Positions 20,908 to 30,642 of a DNA stretch of 64,000 bases are shown one piece after another. How positions within the stretch are numbered: the first letter of the stretch is position 1; each line of letters starts with the position of its first letter. The translations under genes and the position numbers were made by a program. The DNA comes from an uncultured Chloroflexia bacterium. GTDB taxonomy: Bacteria; Chloroflexota; UBA6077; JACCZL01. The stretch is taken from NCBI GenBank assembly GCA_963765765.1, contig CAVXYC010000030.1:128001-192000 (forward strand), read 5' to 3'. The notes beneath the pieces were generated by a model, which was given only the letters and a program-made list of their open reading frames with translations, made no database searches and was not told the DNA's origin.

Positions 20908-22190
20908 TCGACTATCAGCCCGTGCTTATTCCCAATCAGGGCCGCCCGACGCCGCTCTCGCTGCAAGAGTATCGCGATAAGGGTGGGTACCAGGGGCTCG
21001 AGACGGCCCTGACCAAGATGACGCCCGATGAGGTTATCGACGAGGTCAAGGCGGCCGGATTGCGCGGTCGAGGCGGCGCGGGATTTCCGACTGGATCGAA
21101 ATGGAGCTTTGTTCCACGAGATCCCGGGCCCAAGTATCTGGCCGTGAACGCGGATGAGTCTGAGCCAGGAACATTCAAGGACCGCGAGATCATGGAAACC
21201 GAGCCGCACATGCTGCTCGAAGGCATTGCGATCTGCTGCTACGCCATTGGCGCTCAGACGGCGTTCATCTACATCCGCGGTGAGTATGTGGTGGCAGCCG
21301 ATCGGTTGGACGCGGCAATCGTTGAGGCAAGAGAAGCCGGATTGCTGGGCGAGGGCATACTAGGCACACAGACCAATCTCACGGTTCACGTGTTTCGTGG
21401 CGCGGGTGCTTATATCTGCGGCGAAGAGACGGCGTTGCTGGAGTCGCTGGAAGGCCGGCGACCCATGCCGCGCTCGCGGCCCCCCTTTCCGGCTGTCGAG
21501 GGCCTGTACCGTCGCCCCACGTGCGTCAACAACGTGGAGACACTGGCCAACGTGCCACACATTCTCGCCCGAGGTAGCGCCTGGTATCAGTCGGTGGGTG
21601 AGCCGCCCCAAAATACTGGCCCGAAGATCTTCTGCCTCTCCGGTACGGTGAATCGTCGCGGCAACTACGAGCTGCCGTTGGGTGCGGTTACCGTCCGCGA
21701 GTTGATCGAGGACTATGGCGGAGGTGTCCCGGAAGGTCGCAAGATCAAGGGCGTCCTGCCGGCCGGCGCTTCTGCGCCGATTCTGCCTGAGTCAGCGTTG
21801 GATGCCAAGCTCAGCTATGACGGCATTCGCGACGCCGGCTCCATGCTTGGCTCGGCCAGCTTCATCGTGCTGGATGAGTCGGTGTGCATCGTGCGCGCGG
21901 CCGCTCGCATGGTGGAGTTCTTCCGCAATGAATCCTGCGGCAAATGCACGCCTTGTCGAGAGGGGACCATGTGGCTGCATCAGGTGCTTCTGAGGCTTGA
22001 ACGCGGGCGGGGCACGGAAGCAGACCTGGATCTACTGTTGTCTCTCTCGGGCGAGGTGAGCGGCAAGGTGTTGTGCGCGCTCGGTGACTTCGCCACGAGT
22101 CCCGTGACGGCTACGATCAAGCACTTCCGCGATGAGTATCTTCAGCACTTCGAGCTGGGCCATTGTCCCTCCGAGGACTGGGCGAATTGA
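20901..22190 (+). CDS. nuoF: NADH-quinone oxidoreductase subunit F
   Basis: GLRGRGGAGF, NADESEPG, GAGAYICGEETAL, ESCGKCTPCREG. Confidence 0.97.
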   Translation: MVIDYQPVLIPNQGRPTPLSLQEYRDKGGYQGLETALTKMTPDEVIDEVKAAGLRGRGGAGFPTGSKWSFVPRDPGPKYLAVNADESEPGTFKDREIMETEPHMLLEGIAICCYAIGAQTAFIYIRGEYVVAADRLDAAIVEAREAGLLGEGILGTQTNLTVHVFRGAGAYICGEETALLESLEGRRPMPRSRPPFPAVEGLYRRPTCVNNVETLANVPHILARGSAWYQSVGEPPQNTGPKIFCLSGTVNRRGNYELPLGAVTVRELIEDYGGGVPEGRKIKGVLPAGASAPILPESALDAKLSYDGIRDAGSMLGSASFIVLDESVCIVRAAARMVEFFRNESCGKCTPCREGTMWLHQVLLRLERGRGTEADLDLLLSLSGEVSGKVLCALGDFATSPVTATIKHFRDEYLQHFELGHCPSEDWAN

Positions 22191-24064
22191 GCGACCTCGT
22201 TACGCTCACCATTAACGGGCGCGAAGTCCGGGTACCCAAGGGAACCTTGGTAGTCGAGGCCGCGAAGCAGGTCGGCATCGAGATTCCAGTGTTCTGTTAC
22301 CACCCGAAGCTCAAGCCTGTTGGCGCCTGCCGTATGTGCCTGGTTGAGATCGAAAAGATGCCCCGTCTCCAGACCGCCTGCACTTCGCCGGTGGCGGAGG
22401 GCATGGTAGTGACAACGACGTCCGATCAGGTCATTCAGGCGCAGACTGGTGTCATCGAGCTCCTGCTTGCCAATCATCCGCTGGACTGTCCGATCTGCGA
22501 CAAGGGTGGCGAATGCCCGTTGCAGGACAATACCTTCAACTTCGGTCTGGGCGTCAGCCGCTTCACCGAGGAGAAGCGGCAAGCCGAGAAGGCGTTCCCA
22601 CTTTCCGATCGCATTCTCCTGGATCGCGAGCGCTGCATCATGTGCTACCGTTGCGTGCGCTTCCATCAGGAGATTCCCGGCGACGAGTCCCTGGCCGCGA
22701 TCAATCGCGGCGGCCTCACGGTCATTGGCACGCTCGAAGGCGAGTCGTACGACTCGCTGTTTTCCGGGAACACTATCGATATCTGTCCTGTGGGAGCGCT
22801 GACCAGCCGACAGTATCGGTTTCGCGCGCGCCCATGGGATCTCGATCGGACGCCGTCCATCTGCTCGGGCTGTGCCGTGGGCTGCAATACCGAGATTCAC
22901 AGTCGCCGAGGCGACGTCCTGCGGCTCGTTCCGCGCGAGAACCTGGAAGTCAACGACGAGTGGCTGTGCGACGCGGGCAGGTTCGATTCGCTGCCGCCAC
23001 TCTCGGAGCATCGTCAGCTCGAGCCGATGGAGCGGGTTGACGGTCAGATGCGTGCGACGACCTGGGATCAGGCATTGGACCGCGCGGCCGACGTCATCCG
23101 CACCCAGGGTATAAGACTGGCCGTGGGGCCAGAAATCTCGAACGAGGCGATCTGGGTACTCGAAAAGATTCATACGGCGTTCGACGGTGAAAGGCAATCA
23201 ACGCCGACGAACCCCTGGGTCTTGCACGGGCGAATGGAGTCACTTGTTGGCTGCAAGCTCATCGTCCTCGTTGGCCTGGATCCGTGGACGGAATTACCGA
23301 TCCTGGCTCTCTGGCTTCGGAAAGCTGTGGCCGCCGGAGCAAGGCTCATCGTTATTGGCGCTGAGAACGGTCTGCAACGCGACACGGCGCACTGGATTCG
23401 AGTGCCGGCGGGCGAGGAGACGGCTGTATTGCAGAGACTCATGTCAGATCCCACAACTGTGAGTACGGAGCAAGCTATTCCAGATCCAAGCGTTCTGGAG
23501 GTCTTTCACGGACGTCCCGCGGCTGTGCTGGCTGGCGCTCGGATTGGACAGGATTCAGACGCGCTGGCTGCGACGCGCGCACTTGCAGAGCGGCTGGAGG
23601 CTGTCTTTGGTGATGCGCCGGTGGGCATTCCGTCCATTGGCGCAAATGCGCGCGGCCTACATGACCTTGCGCCCGAGATTCCGACAACCGCGGGCTCGGC
23701 TTGTACGCTACGGTTCGGAGATGGTGTCACGGGTCCACGCCCACTCAACGGCGAGTCAATACAGGCTGCCTACCGAGCCGGCGCGGGGGATGTAGGAAAC
23801 TTGGTCGTGCTGCTTCCCCTGGCGCATCCCTACGAGCAAGACGGATCGTTCACCAATCTGGAAGGTCGAGTGCAGCTGCTACGCGCCGGTGCCCGCATGC
23901 CGGGTCAGGCGCTGGCTGACTGGGAGCTCGCGGTGAGATTGGCGCAAAAACTCGATGTGCCGGTTCCGGCAGACCTCGAGTCCATTCGTGCCGATATAGC
24001 CGCGGCGCACGCCGACTATGGACGCACGCTGTTGAGACCGGTGCTGGAGCCGACGCGTGACTGA
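22187..24064 (+). CDS. nuoG: NADH-quinone oxidoreductase subunit G (short, about 625 aa)
   Basis: [44 protein letters not shown] (N7). Confidence 0.95.
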   Translation: MSDLVTLTINGREVRVPKGTLVVEAAKQVGIEIPVFCYHPKLKPVGACRMCLVEIEKMPRLQTACTSPVAEGMVVTTTSDQVIQAQTGVIELLLANHPLDCPICDKGGECPLQDNTFNFGLGVSRFTEEKRQAEKAFPLSDRILLDRERCIMCYRCVRFHQEIPGDESLAAINRGGLTVIGTLEGESYDSLFSGNTIDICPVGALTSRQYRFRARPWDLDRTPSICSGCAVGCNTEIHSRRGDVLRLVPRENLEVNDEWLCDAGRFDSLPPLSEHRQLEPMERVDGQMRATTWDQALDRAADVIRTQGIRLAVGPEISNEAIWVLEKIHTAFDGERQSTPTNPWVLHGRMESLVGCKLIVLVGLDPWTELPILALWLRKAVAAGARLIVIGAENGLQRDTAHWIRVPAGEETAVLQRLMSDPTTVSTEQAIPDPSVLEVFHGRPAAVLAGARIGQDSDALAATRALAERLEAVFGDAPVGIPSIGANARGLHDLAPEIPTTAGSACTLRFGDGVTGPRPLNGESIQAAYRAGAGDVGNLVVLLPLAHPYEQDGSFTNLEGRVQLLRAGARMPGQALADWELAVRLAQKLDVPVPADLESIRADIAAAHADYGRTLLRPVLEPTRD

Positions 24065-25040
24065 GCTGGCCATCGATGTTATCCGCTCGGCTGTGCTCAT
24101 TCTGATGCTGCTCACGGGCATGGCGTACATGACGCTCTTTGAGCGGCGTGTCATCAGTCGAATGCAGGTCCGACTCGGTCCGAATCGCACCGGCCCATCG
24201 GGCTTGCTGCAGCCACTCGCGGATGCGCTCAAGCTGTTTTTCAAGGAAGACGTCGTCCCGGCAGCGGCGGATCGTTTGATCTACCCGATCGCGCCGGCGC
24301 TTGCGCTCATCGCAGCGCTCGCTTCATTCGCGGTTATCCCGTTGGGCCCACCGGTTGAGCTTGGCGGTGTGACGATCGCCCCGCAAATTGTCGATCTCCC
24401 GGTCAGCGTGCTCTATCTCATTGGCGCCAGCAGCCTTGGAGTGTACGGGGTCGTGTTCGGCGGATGGGCATCAGGCTCAAAGTACTCGCTTCTGGGCGGT
24501 TTACGCGCGGCCGCGCAAGTCGTTTCTTACGAGCTGATCCTAGGGCTTGCTGTCGTTGGCGTGGTGATGATCAGCGGCACGCTGGCTCTAGGGGGGATCG
24601 TCGATGCGCAGTCGCGCTCTGTCTGGTACATCCTGCTCCAACCGCTAGGATTCGCGCTGTACTTCATCGGCGCCGTGGCAGAGGTAAACCGTGCGCCGTT
24701 CGATTTACCTGAGGCAGAGACCGAGCTGGTGGCCGGCTATCACACGGAATATAGCGGGATGCGCTTTGCGATGTATTACATCGCCGAGTACGTCAACATG
24801 ATTACGGTCTCCGCCGTGGCGGCGACGCTCTTCCTGGGTGGTTGGCTGGGACCCTTTGTACCCGGCCCGCATTGGCTGCTGTTAAAGATGTTGGCGTTTC
24901 TCTTCTTGTTCGTCTGGCTGCGCGCGACACTGCCGCGGCTTCGCTATGACCAGTTGATGGGGCTTTCCTGGTCGGTACTCTTGCCGCTTGGACTGCTGAA
25001 CGTGGCACTAACGGCGCTGGCCGTTGCCGCGTTCGGTTAG
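24057..25040 (+). CDS. nuoH: NADH-quinone oxidoreductase subunit H
   Basis: [38 protein letters not shown]. Confidence 0.97.
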   Translation: MTELAIDVIRSAVLILMLLTGMAYMTLFERRVISRMQVRLGPNRTGPSGLLQPLADALKLFFKEDVVPAAADRLIYPIAPALALIAALASFAVIPLGPPVELGGVTIAPQIVDLPVSVLYLIGASSLGVYGVVFGGWASGSKYSLLGGLRAAAQVVSYELILGLAVVGVVMISGTLALGGIVDAQSRSVWYILLQPLGFALYFIGAVAEVNRAPFDLPEAETELVAGYHTEYSGMRFAMYYIAEYVNMITVSAVAATLFLGGWLGPFVPGPHWLLLKMLAFLFLFVWLRATLPRLRYDQLMGLSWSVLLPLGLLNVALTALAVAAFG

Positions 25041-25054
25041 AAGGAGAACAGCTC

Positions 25055-25630
25055 GTGTTGCTGGATAGTGTGCGCGCGGTCGCACTCGGCTTCTGGACAA
25101 CGCTCAAGCACACGCTGCGGCCCCCGGTCACGCTGTCATATCCGGAAGTCAAGCGCCAGCCGGCACTCAAGTTCCGCGGACGGCACCGACTTTATGCCAC
25201 TGAAGATGGATTGGAGCGCTGCATCGGCTGCGAGCTCTGTGCGGGGGCATGCCCGTCGCAGGCGATCCTCGTTGAAGCCGAAGAGAACGATCCCGAACAT
25301 CCGGTATCACCCGGTGAGCGTTACGCGCGACGGTACGAAATCAACATGATTCGCTGCATCTTCTGCGGTTACTGCGAGGAAGCGTGCCCTGTGGATGCCA
25401 TCAAGCTGGGGCCGGAGTACGAGCTCTCCGATTTCAACCGTGAGAGCTTTATCTACACCAAAGAGATGCTGCTGGACCCCGAGAAGTACGCTCCTCGCAA
25501 CCAGTATCACGCGGACGTGGACCGCTCTATCGACGAGCGCGGCGTCCACACGACGCTTCTCGAGACATACCGCAAGCACTATCCCAGCAGTACATATGAG
25601 GACGCTCCTGAGGCGAGGGAGCGGCGCTAG
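25055..25630 (+). CDS. nuoI: NADH-quinone oxidoreductase subunit I
   Basis: CIGCELCAGACP and CIFCGYCEEACP. Confidence 0.97.
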   Translation: MLLDSVRAVALGFWTTLKHTLRPPVTLSYPEVKRQPALKFRGRHRLYATEDGLERCIGCELCAGACPSQAILVEAEENDPEHPVSPGERYARRYEINMIRCIFCGYCEEACPVDAIKLGPEYELSDFNRESFIYTKEMLLDPEKYAPRNQYHADVDRSIDERGVHTTLLETYRKHYPSSTYEDAPEARERR

Positions 25631-25631
25631 C

Positions 25632-26127
25632 TTGCAGGACCTTTTCGTCCCCGCGGCGATCGTCGCGGCGCTGACTATCGCCGGGGCCCTTGGCGTTGTG
25701 CTTTCTCGCCGACCAGTGCACGCTGCCCTGGCGCTGCTGGGACACACCCTGGGTCTCGCCGGTTTATTCCTGGTGCTCTCAGCGGAGCTCGTGGCGATGG
25801 GGCAAATCGTGATTTACTCTGGCGCCATCGTGGTGCTTTTCCTTTTTGTTGTGGCGCTGCTTCCAACAGGCGGATTCGATGGGCGCGTTTGTCTCCGGTC
25901 GCGCTGCTTCGGCGTTGGTCATGGTGGCTATCGTTCTCGGGACGCTGGGCGTGGTGATCGGAGTGGGCGCCCCTGTGGCGGCGGCGACGACAGATCACTC
26001 CGTTGAATCGGTTGGTCGCGCACTGTTTGACCAGCTCATTGTCGCATTTGAGCTCACCGCACCCCTGCTCCTCGTGGCAGTGATTGGCGCCGTGGTGATC
26101 TGGCGCCGGCAGGAGCGGGTGCGATGA
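25632..26127 (+). CDS. nuoJ: NADH-quinone oxidoreductase subunit J (frameshift near 25875-25905)
   Basis: QIVIYSGAIVVLFLFV; C-terminal AFELTAPLLLVAVIGAV in the second frame. Confidence 0.9.
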
Positions 26128-26169
26128 GGGTTGCAACATCGCGGCTAGTCAGTTCAATGGTCGTCTCAA

Positions 26170-26472
26170 TTGACCACTGAAAACCTCCTCCTCACCACCT
26201 CCGCGATTCTCTTCGCGATCGGTATCGGAGGTGTCCTCTATCGCCGCAATCCGATCTCGCTGCTCATGTCGATCGAGGTCATGCTCAACGCGGCCAATCT
26301 CCTCATTGTCCTTGGTGCTCGGGTGCATGGCGCTGCGACCGGGCAAGCCGTGGCGCTGATTGTCTTGGTGGTTGCGGCCACCGAGGCCGTTGTGGGCCTG
26401 GCGATCGCATTGGCGCTCTTCCGCGATCGTGAGGGCGCTGACATCGATGAGCCCAGCGAGGTACACGGTTGA
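26170..26472 (+). CDS. nuoK: NADH-quinone oxidoreductase subunit K
   Basis: RRN..LMSIEVMLNAAN, VAATEAVVGLA. Confidence 0.95.
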   Translation: MTTENLLLTTSAILFAIGIGGVLYRRNPISLLMSIEVMLNAANLLIVLGARVHGAATGQAVALIVLVVAATEAVVGLAIALALFRDREGADIDEPSEVHG

Positions 26473-28186
26473 GCGGATTGCTCCTCTGGGGCTGGCTGTT
26501 CACGTTGCCCGGTCTGCTTCTTACAGCGTCAGGTTTAGGGCGGCCGAAAGGTGTTTTGAGCGTGCCGGGCCCGGCGCGGTGCTTGGTCTCGTGGCGTTGG
26601 TGGCACTCGTTTCCGGCGGTGGCGCGGAGGCGCGCTTTCCCGACTGGCTGCCATTCCTGCCCGACGGCGCGTTCCATCTGCGCGCCGATTCCCTGGCGGC
26701 GGCGATGCTGACAGTTGTGGGACTTGTCTCTACCGCGGTTTACGTCTACTCACTCGGATACATGAAGGGCGACCCTGGCCAGGCGCGCTATTTTGCTTTC
26801 CTGGACCTGTTCTTGGCGGCCATGACGCTCCTGGTTCTCGGCGGTAATCTGGCTGTTTTGCTCATTGGTTGGGCGGGCGTGGGTCTGACAAGCTTCCTGT
26901 TGATCTCATTCTGGAATAGCAGACCTGATAGTCAGGATAGGCCGTTGAAGGCTGGGCTCCAGGCGCTTACGGCGAACGCGATAGGCGACGCTGCCCTGAT
27001 GCTGGCGATCGTGCTATTGCCGGTTGGCTGCGGCGACTTGACAACGCTGCAGACCGGCCAATGCACGGCGGGTCTGGCGGGCCCGGGATTGCTCGGAGCT
27101 CTCATTCTCATTGGTGCCTGCGCGAAGTCAGCTCAGGGGCCGCTCTACTTCTGGCTACCTAGCGCGATGGCGGGTCCCACGCCAGTGAGCGCACTCATCC
27201 ACGCAGCCACAATGGTCGCCGCGGGTGTGTATCTCCTGGTGCGGACCTCGCCGCTACTGGCACTCTCCCAGTCGATACTCAACGCGACCCTTATCCTGGG
27301 TGTCGCGACGGCTATCCTGGCAGCCTTAATCAGCCTTTTCCAGGGCAACTTCAAACGCAGTCTGGCGTACTCAACCGTGAGCCAGCTCGGGTTCATGTTC
27401 GCGGCGATTGGCCTCGGTGCGCCGTTCGCGGCGTTCTTTCACCTGGTGACGCATGCCTCGTTCAAGGCGCTTCTATTTCTCTCAGCCGGAAATGTCATTC
27501 ACTATAGAAACGGCGAAGAGCAGCTTGCGAATCTCGGCGGTCTGCGACGCGCGCTCCCATGGGCTTACGCGGGCTTTCTCATCGGCTCGCTGGCGTTGAT
27601 CGGCGTTCCTTTCACTGCCGGCGCATTCAGTAAGGACGCAATTTTGGACGCTGCGCTGCAACGAGGGCCGATAGTGGCCTGGCTCCTCGCGGGAGCCACC
27701 CTCCTTTCCGGTTTGTACAGCGGCCGCTTGTTCTTCGGCGTGTTCCACGGGCCTGAGTCCCAGCAGCATGCGGGTGAAGGGCACTATGAGACTGAGCCCG
27801 CGACCATGCGCTGGCCACTCGTTCCCCTGGCTGCCGGTGCCCTCTTGCTTGGCTACCTCGAATGGCCGAACGCAATTCTGAGTCAGCTACTCGCTGGCGC
27901 TGTGGAACATGCGGAGCCGGTTTCCGCCATCAGCCCAATCGGATTGGCGGCATTCGCGCTCGGGATAGTCGGCTTTGGTGCTGCCGCCTTTTGGCGCGGA
28001 AAAGTCGTATCTTCGATTTCCACCGAAGCGGAGCCCGTTGGCGTTCGCTGGGTGGAGCCAATCGCAGCGGCTGCGGAAGGTATCTCGCGCTCGCTCGCCA
28101 GTGTTCACAGCGGTCATCTGGGCCGATATCTGCTCGCCTCACTCATCGGCATCGTGGCGATCGTCTGGATTGGACTGCGAGGATGA
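26469..28186 (+). CDS. nuoL: NADH-quinone oxidoreductase subunit L, short C-terminal helix (frameshift near 26570)
   Basis: KSAQ.PL..WLP.AMAGPTPVSALIHAATMV, LAYSTVSQLG, THASFKALLF, FSKD, terminal SG..Y + TM16. Confidence 0.93.
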
Positions 28187-28304
28187 GGCGGATATTCTGT
28201 GGTCTGCGGCGGCCTTCGCCGCCTTTCCGAGAGGCTGGAAGCCGGCCACGACGAGGCTCCACTTGTCAAAAGTGCGGCGAAAACCGTCGCAGTCCAAAAT
28301 TGGG
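28187..28304. repeat. REP/MITE-like palindromic insert flanked by an 11-bp direct repeat TGCGAGGATGA
   Basis: Direct repeat at 28176-28186 and 28305-28315; arms TGGTCTGCGGCGG ... CCGTCGCAGTCCA. Confidence 0.6.
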
Positions 28305-28340
28305 TGCGAGGATGATCGCGTTCCCGAGAGTAGCCTCATA

Positions 28341-29670
28341 ATGCTCTCCTCCATTCCGCCCCACTTAATGGCCGTTATTGTGCTTGTAATTGGCGCGCTT
28401 GTCATTCTTGCATGCGCGGCTCCTCTCACTCAGCGCGCCGGGCTGGTCTCGGCATTGACGTTCATTGCGGCCGTCTGCGCGGGCCTCGTGGGATTTAGCG
28501 ATCCGACGACACGTATTGCTACGCTGGGTCTGGCCGGCGTGGCCGCGATTGTCGGCCTTCTAGTGCCCACATTGGAGCTCGAGCTACCTGCGCAACGACC
28601 CGAATCGGCAGCGCTGGTGCTGCTGGGAGCGAGCGGCGGAGTTGCCCTCGCCGCCGCGGGAGATCTCTTGCAGCTCGCGGTCGGGCTTCGAGGTACTCTC
28701 TCTGAGCGCTGTCGTGCTCATTGGTATGAGCGCTGGCCGCGCACCCGTCGAGGCGGCCTTCAAATATTTTGTGTTGGCTACCGTGAGCTTGTCAGCGCTG
28801 CTCTTTGGTCTGGGGCTGGTCTACCTGGCCACCGGAAGCATTGCGTTCCCAAGCCTCTCGGGGTCGCCCTCGCCCTTAGTGGTCGCGGGTATTGCTCTAA
28901 TTGGCGTAGGGATCGCGTTCGAGCTCGCCCTAGTCCCTCTCCATTGGGGACCGCTTGGTGCCTATACGGCTGCCTCGCCCGGTATTGCTGGTTTTGTCAT
29001 GGCCGCCTCGAAGCTTGCCGCGGCACTGGCTCTTGGCCGGCTGGCGTTGGCGGCGGGCGTGGAGCTCGACGACGTGCTCGCCGTCATAGGAGTGCTGAGC
29101 ATTGTCTGGGGAACGGTGGGGGCCCTGGCTCAGCAGGACCTTCGACGACTTCTGGCCTACTCAGCGGTCGTCCACGCAGGGTTTATTGCGCTCGCTGCCG
29201 GTTCGGGTGTTGAAGGACGAATAGCCGCGGCTTTTTATGGACTCAGCTACGCTGCCATGTCACTGCTCACATTTGCCGCCATCTCGGGGCGAGGCTCCGG
29301 AGCCGTGCCACTTTCACGACTGACCGCGGAAGGGCTGGGTGCCGGCCGCTCCCTGGCGCTCACGTTGGCACTCTTGTCGCTGGCGGGGGTACCGCCCACC
29401 CCAGGCTTCTGGGCCAAACTAGCCGTCCTCGGTCCGGCCTGGACTAACGCGGGACCACTGGTCACGACTATCGCCGTGGCCGGCGGTGTGGCAGGTGCCC
29501 TGTACTACCTCAAACCTATCCCGAACCTGCTCGCGTCGCTTCGCCTACCAGAAGTGGCGCGACCCACGTCGCGCTCAGCTATGATGCTGGCTGGCGTGGC
29601 CGTCACGGTTCTGGGCATTGTGCCTGGCGTAGCGTGGGCGCTGGCTATCCTGGCCACGGGCACGCGCTAG
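28341..29670 (+). CDS. nuoN: NADH-quinone oxidoreductase subunit N (frameshift near 28688)
   Basis: EVLSL, EAAFKYF, ASKLA, RRLLAYS.V.HAG, SLAGVPP..GF.AK, YYLK. Confidence 0.9.
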
Positions 29671-30641
29671 TCTGTCACTGTGGGGTCGTCCTGGCTCGAA
29701 GTCGAGGGCGCAGAAGTATTCTCGGTCAGCTCCATATCCTGTTGCCGGCGGTACCAAAGCCACAACAGCCCGATTCCGACGAGCTCGGCGACGATAGAGA
29801 CGAGACCAGCCTCCGGTCCAAAGGCGCCACCCGTGATGGATTCGGGCCCGATGACGCGATGGCTGACAAGTCCCCCGGCGTCGATCCCCGAGACCGGGAA
29901 CCCGAATAGTGGTCCCTCGCCGAAATTCCATCCGAAGTGAATGCCGATGGGCAGCCAGAGTGAGCGAGTCACGAGATAAGCGACGGCCAGGAGAACACCG
30001 GCGAACGCAACTCCCAGGCTCGCGATGACACTCGAATTGTCATTGAAAATATGCAAGAACCCGAAGATAACTGACGAGATCACGACAGCGGGTGTGGTGC
30101 CCAATCCGGATTCCAGATTCTGAAGCAGATACCCCCGCACGATGAGCTCCTCATTCCAGGCGACAGCCAGGAACACAAGCACCATGATCATGAGCCCCAC
30201 AAGGGGACTACCGCGACCTCGCCAGCCGACTTGATCGATCGCGATCCAGCCCAGGGCCAGCTCGGTGACGAAGATGCCCGCTTGTAAGGCGACTCCCAGC
30301 AGCGCGCCGCCAAGGAGATACTTGATCCACGGGCGTTCGAGTGAAAGACCGAGGCTCACAAAGGAGCGCCGGTCCAGCCAACGTCGGGCCACACACACCG
30401 TGATGGTGGCCACGACGATTCCAACACCGTTCGAGATAAGGGCAATCGGATCCGATGAGCCGAGGGAACCCTGAATCAAGGCCCTCGGGTCGATAAAGAG
30501 TCCGATGAGCAGCACAATGGCTGTCTGCAGCACCATGGCCAGTGCGCCAAAGACCAATAGGCGCCAGCCCGTGCGGAGGCGGCCTTCGCTGTCTATTAGG
30601 AGCTTGCGCATGGGTTCGGTAGCGGCCTCTCGGCGCGCCAT
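29667..30641 (-). CDS. CPBP family intramembrane metalloprotease (CAAX protease/Abi)
   Basis: EELIVRGY, FGFLH, HFGWN, GGAFGPEAG. Confidence 0.92.
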   Translation of the reverse strand: MARREAATEPMRKLLIDSEGRLRTGWRLLVFGALAMVLQTAIVLLIGLFIDPRALIQGSLGSSDPIALISNGVGIVVATITVCVARRWLDRRSFVSLGLSLERPWIKYLLGGALLGVALQAGIFVTELALGWIAIDQVGWRGRGSPLVGLMIMVLVFLAVAWNEELIVRGYLLQNLESGLGTTPAVVISSVIFGFLHIFNDNSSVIASLGVAFAGVLLAVAYLVTRSLWLPIGIHFGWNFGEGPLFGFPVSGIDAGGLVSHRVIGPESITGGAFGPEAGLVSIVAELVGIGLLWLWYRRQQDMELTENTSAPSTSSQDDPTVTD

Positions 30642-30642
30642 C

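Noticed and set aside
22142-23197. Long antisense ORFs (e.g. 22142-23197, 247-1209, 27975-29213 tail)
   Set aside because: Shadow frames of high-GC coding genes with no independent motifs
25632-29670. nuoJ, nuoL and nuoN as true pseudogenes or programmed frameshifts
   Set aside because: The same indel pattern occurs across unrelated genes window-wide and no slippery-site signature is evident, so sequencing error is more parsimonious
28341-29670. The last antiporter gene being nuoM or an M/N fusion
   Set aside because: EAAFKYF, RRLLAYS..HAG and SLAGVPP..GF.AK are NuoN-type, and its length of about 440 aa allows only one antiporter unit
29667-30641. CPBP/'Abi' protein as an abortive-infection defence gene
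   Set aside because: The family name is historical; the motifs are those of an ordinary intramembrane protease and the context is glycosylation
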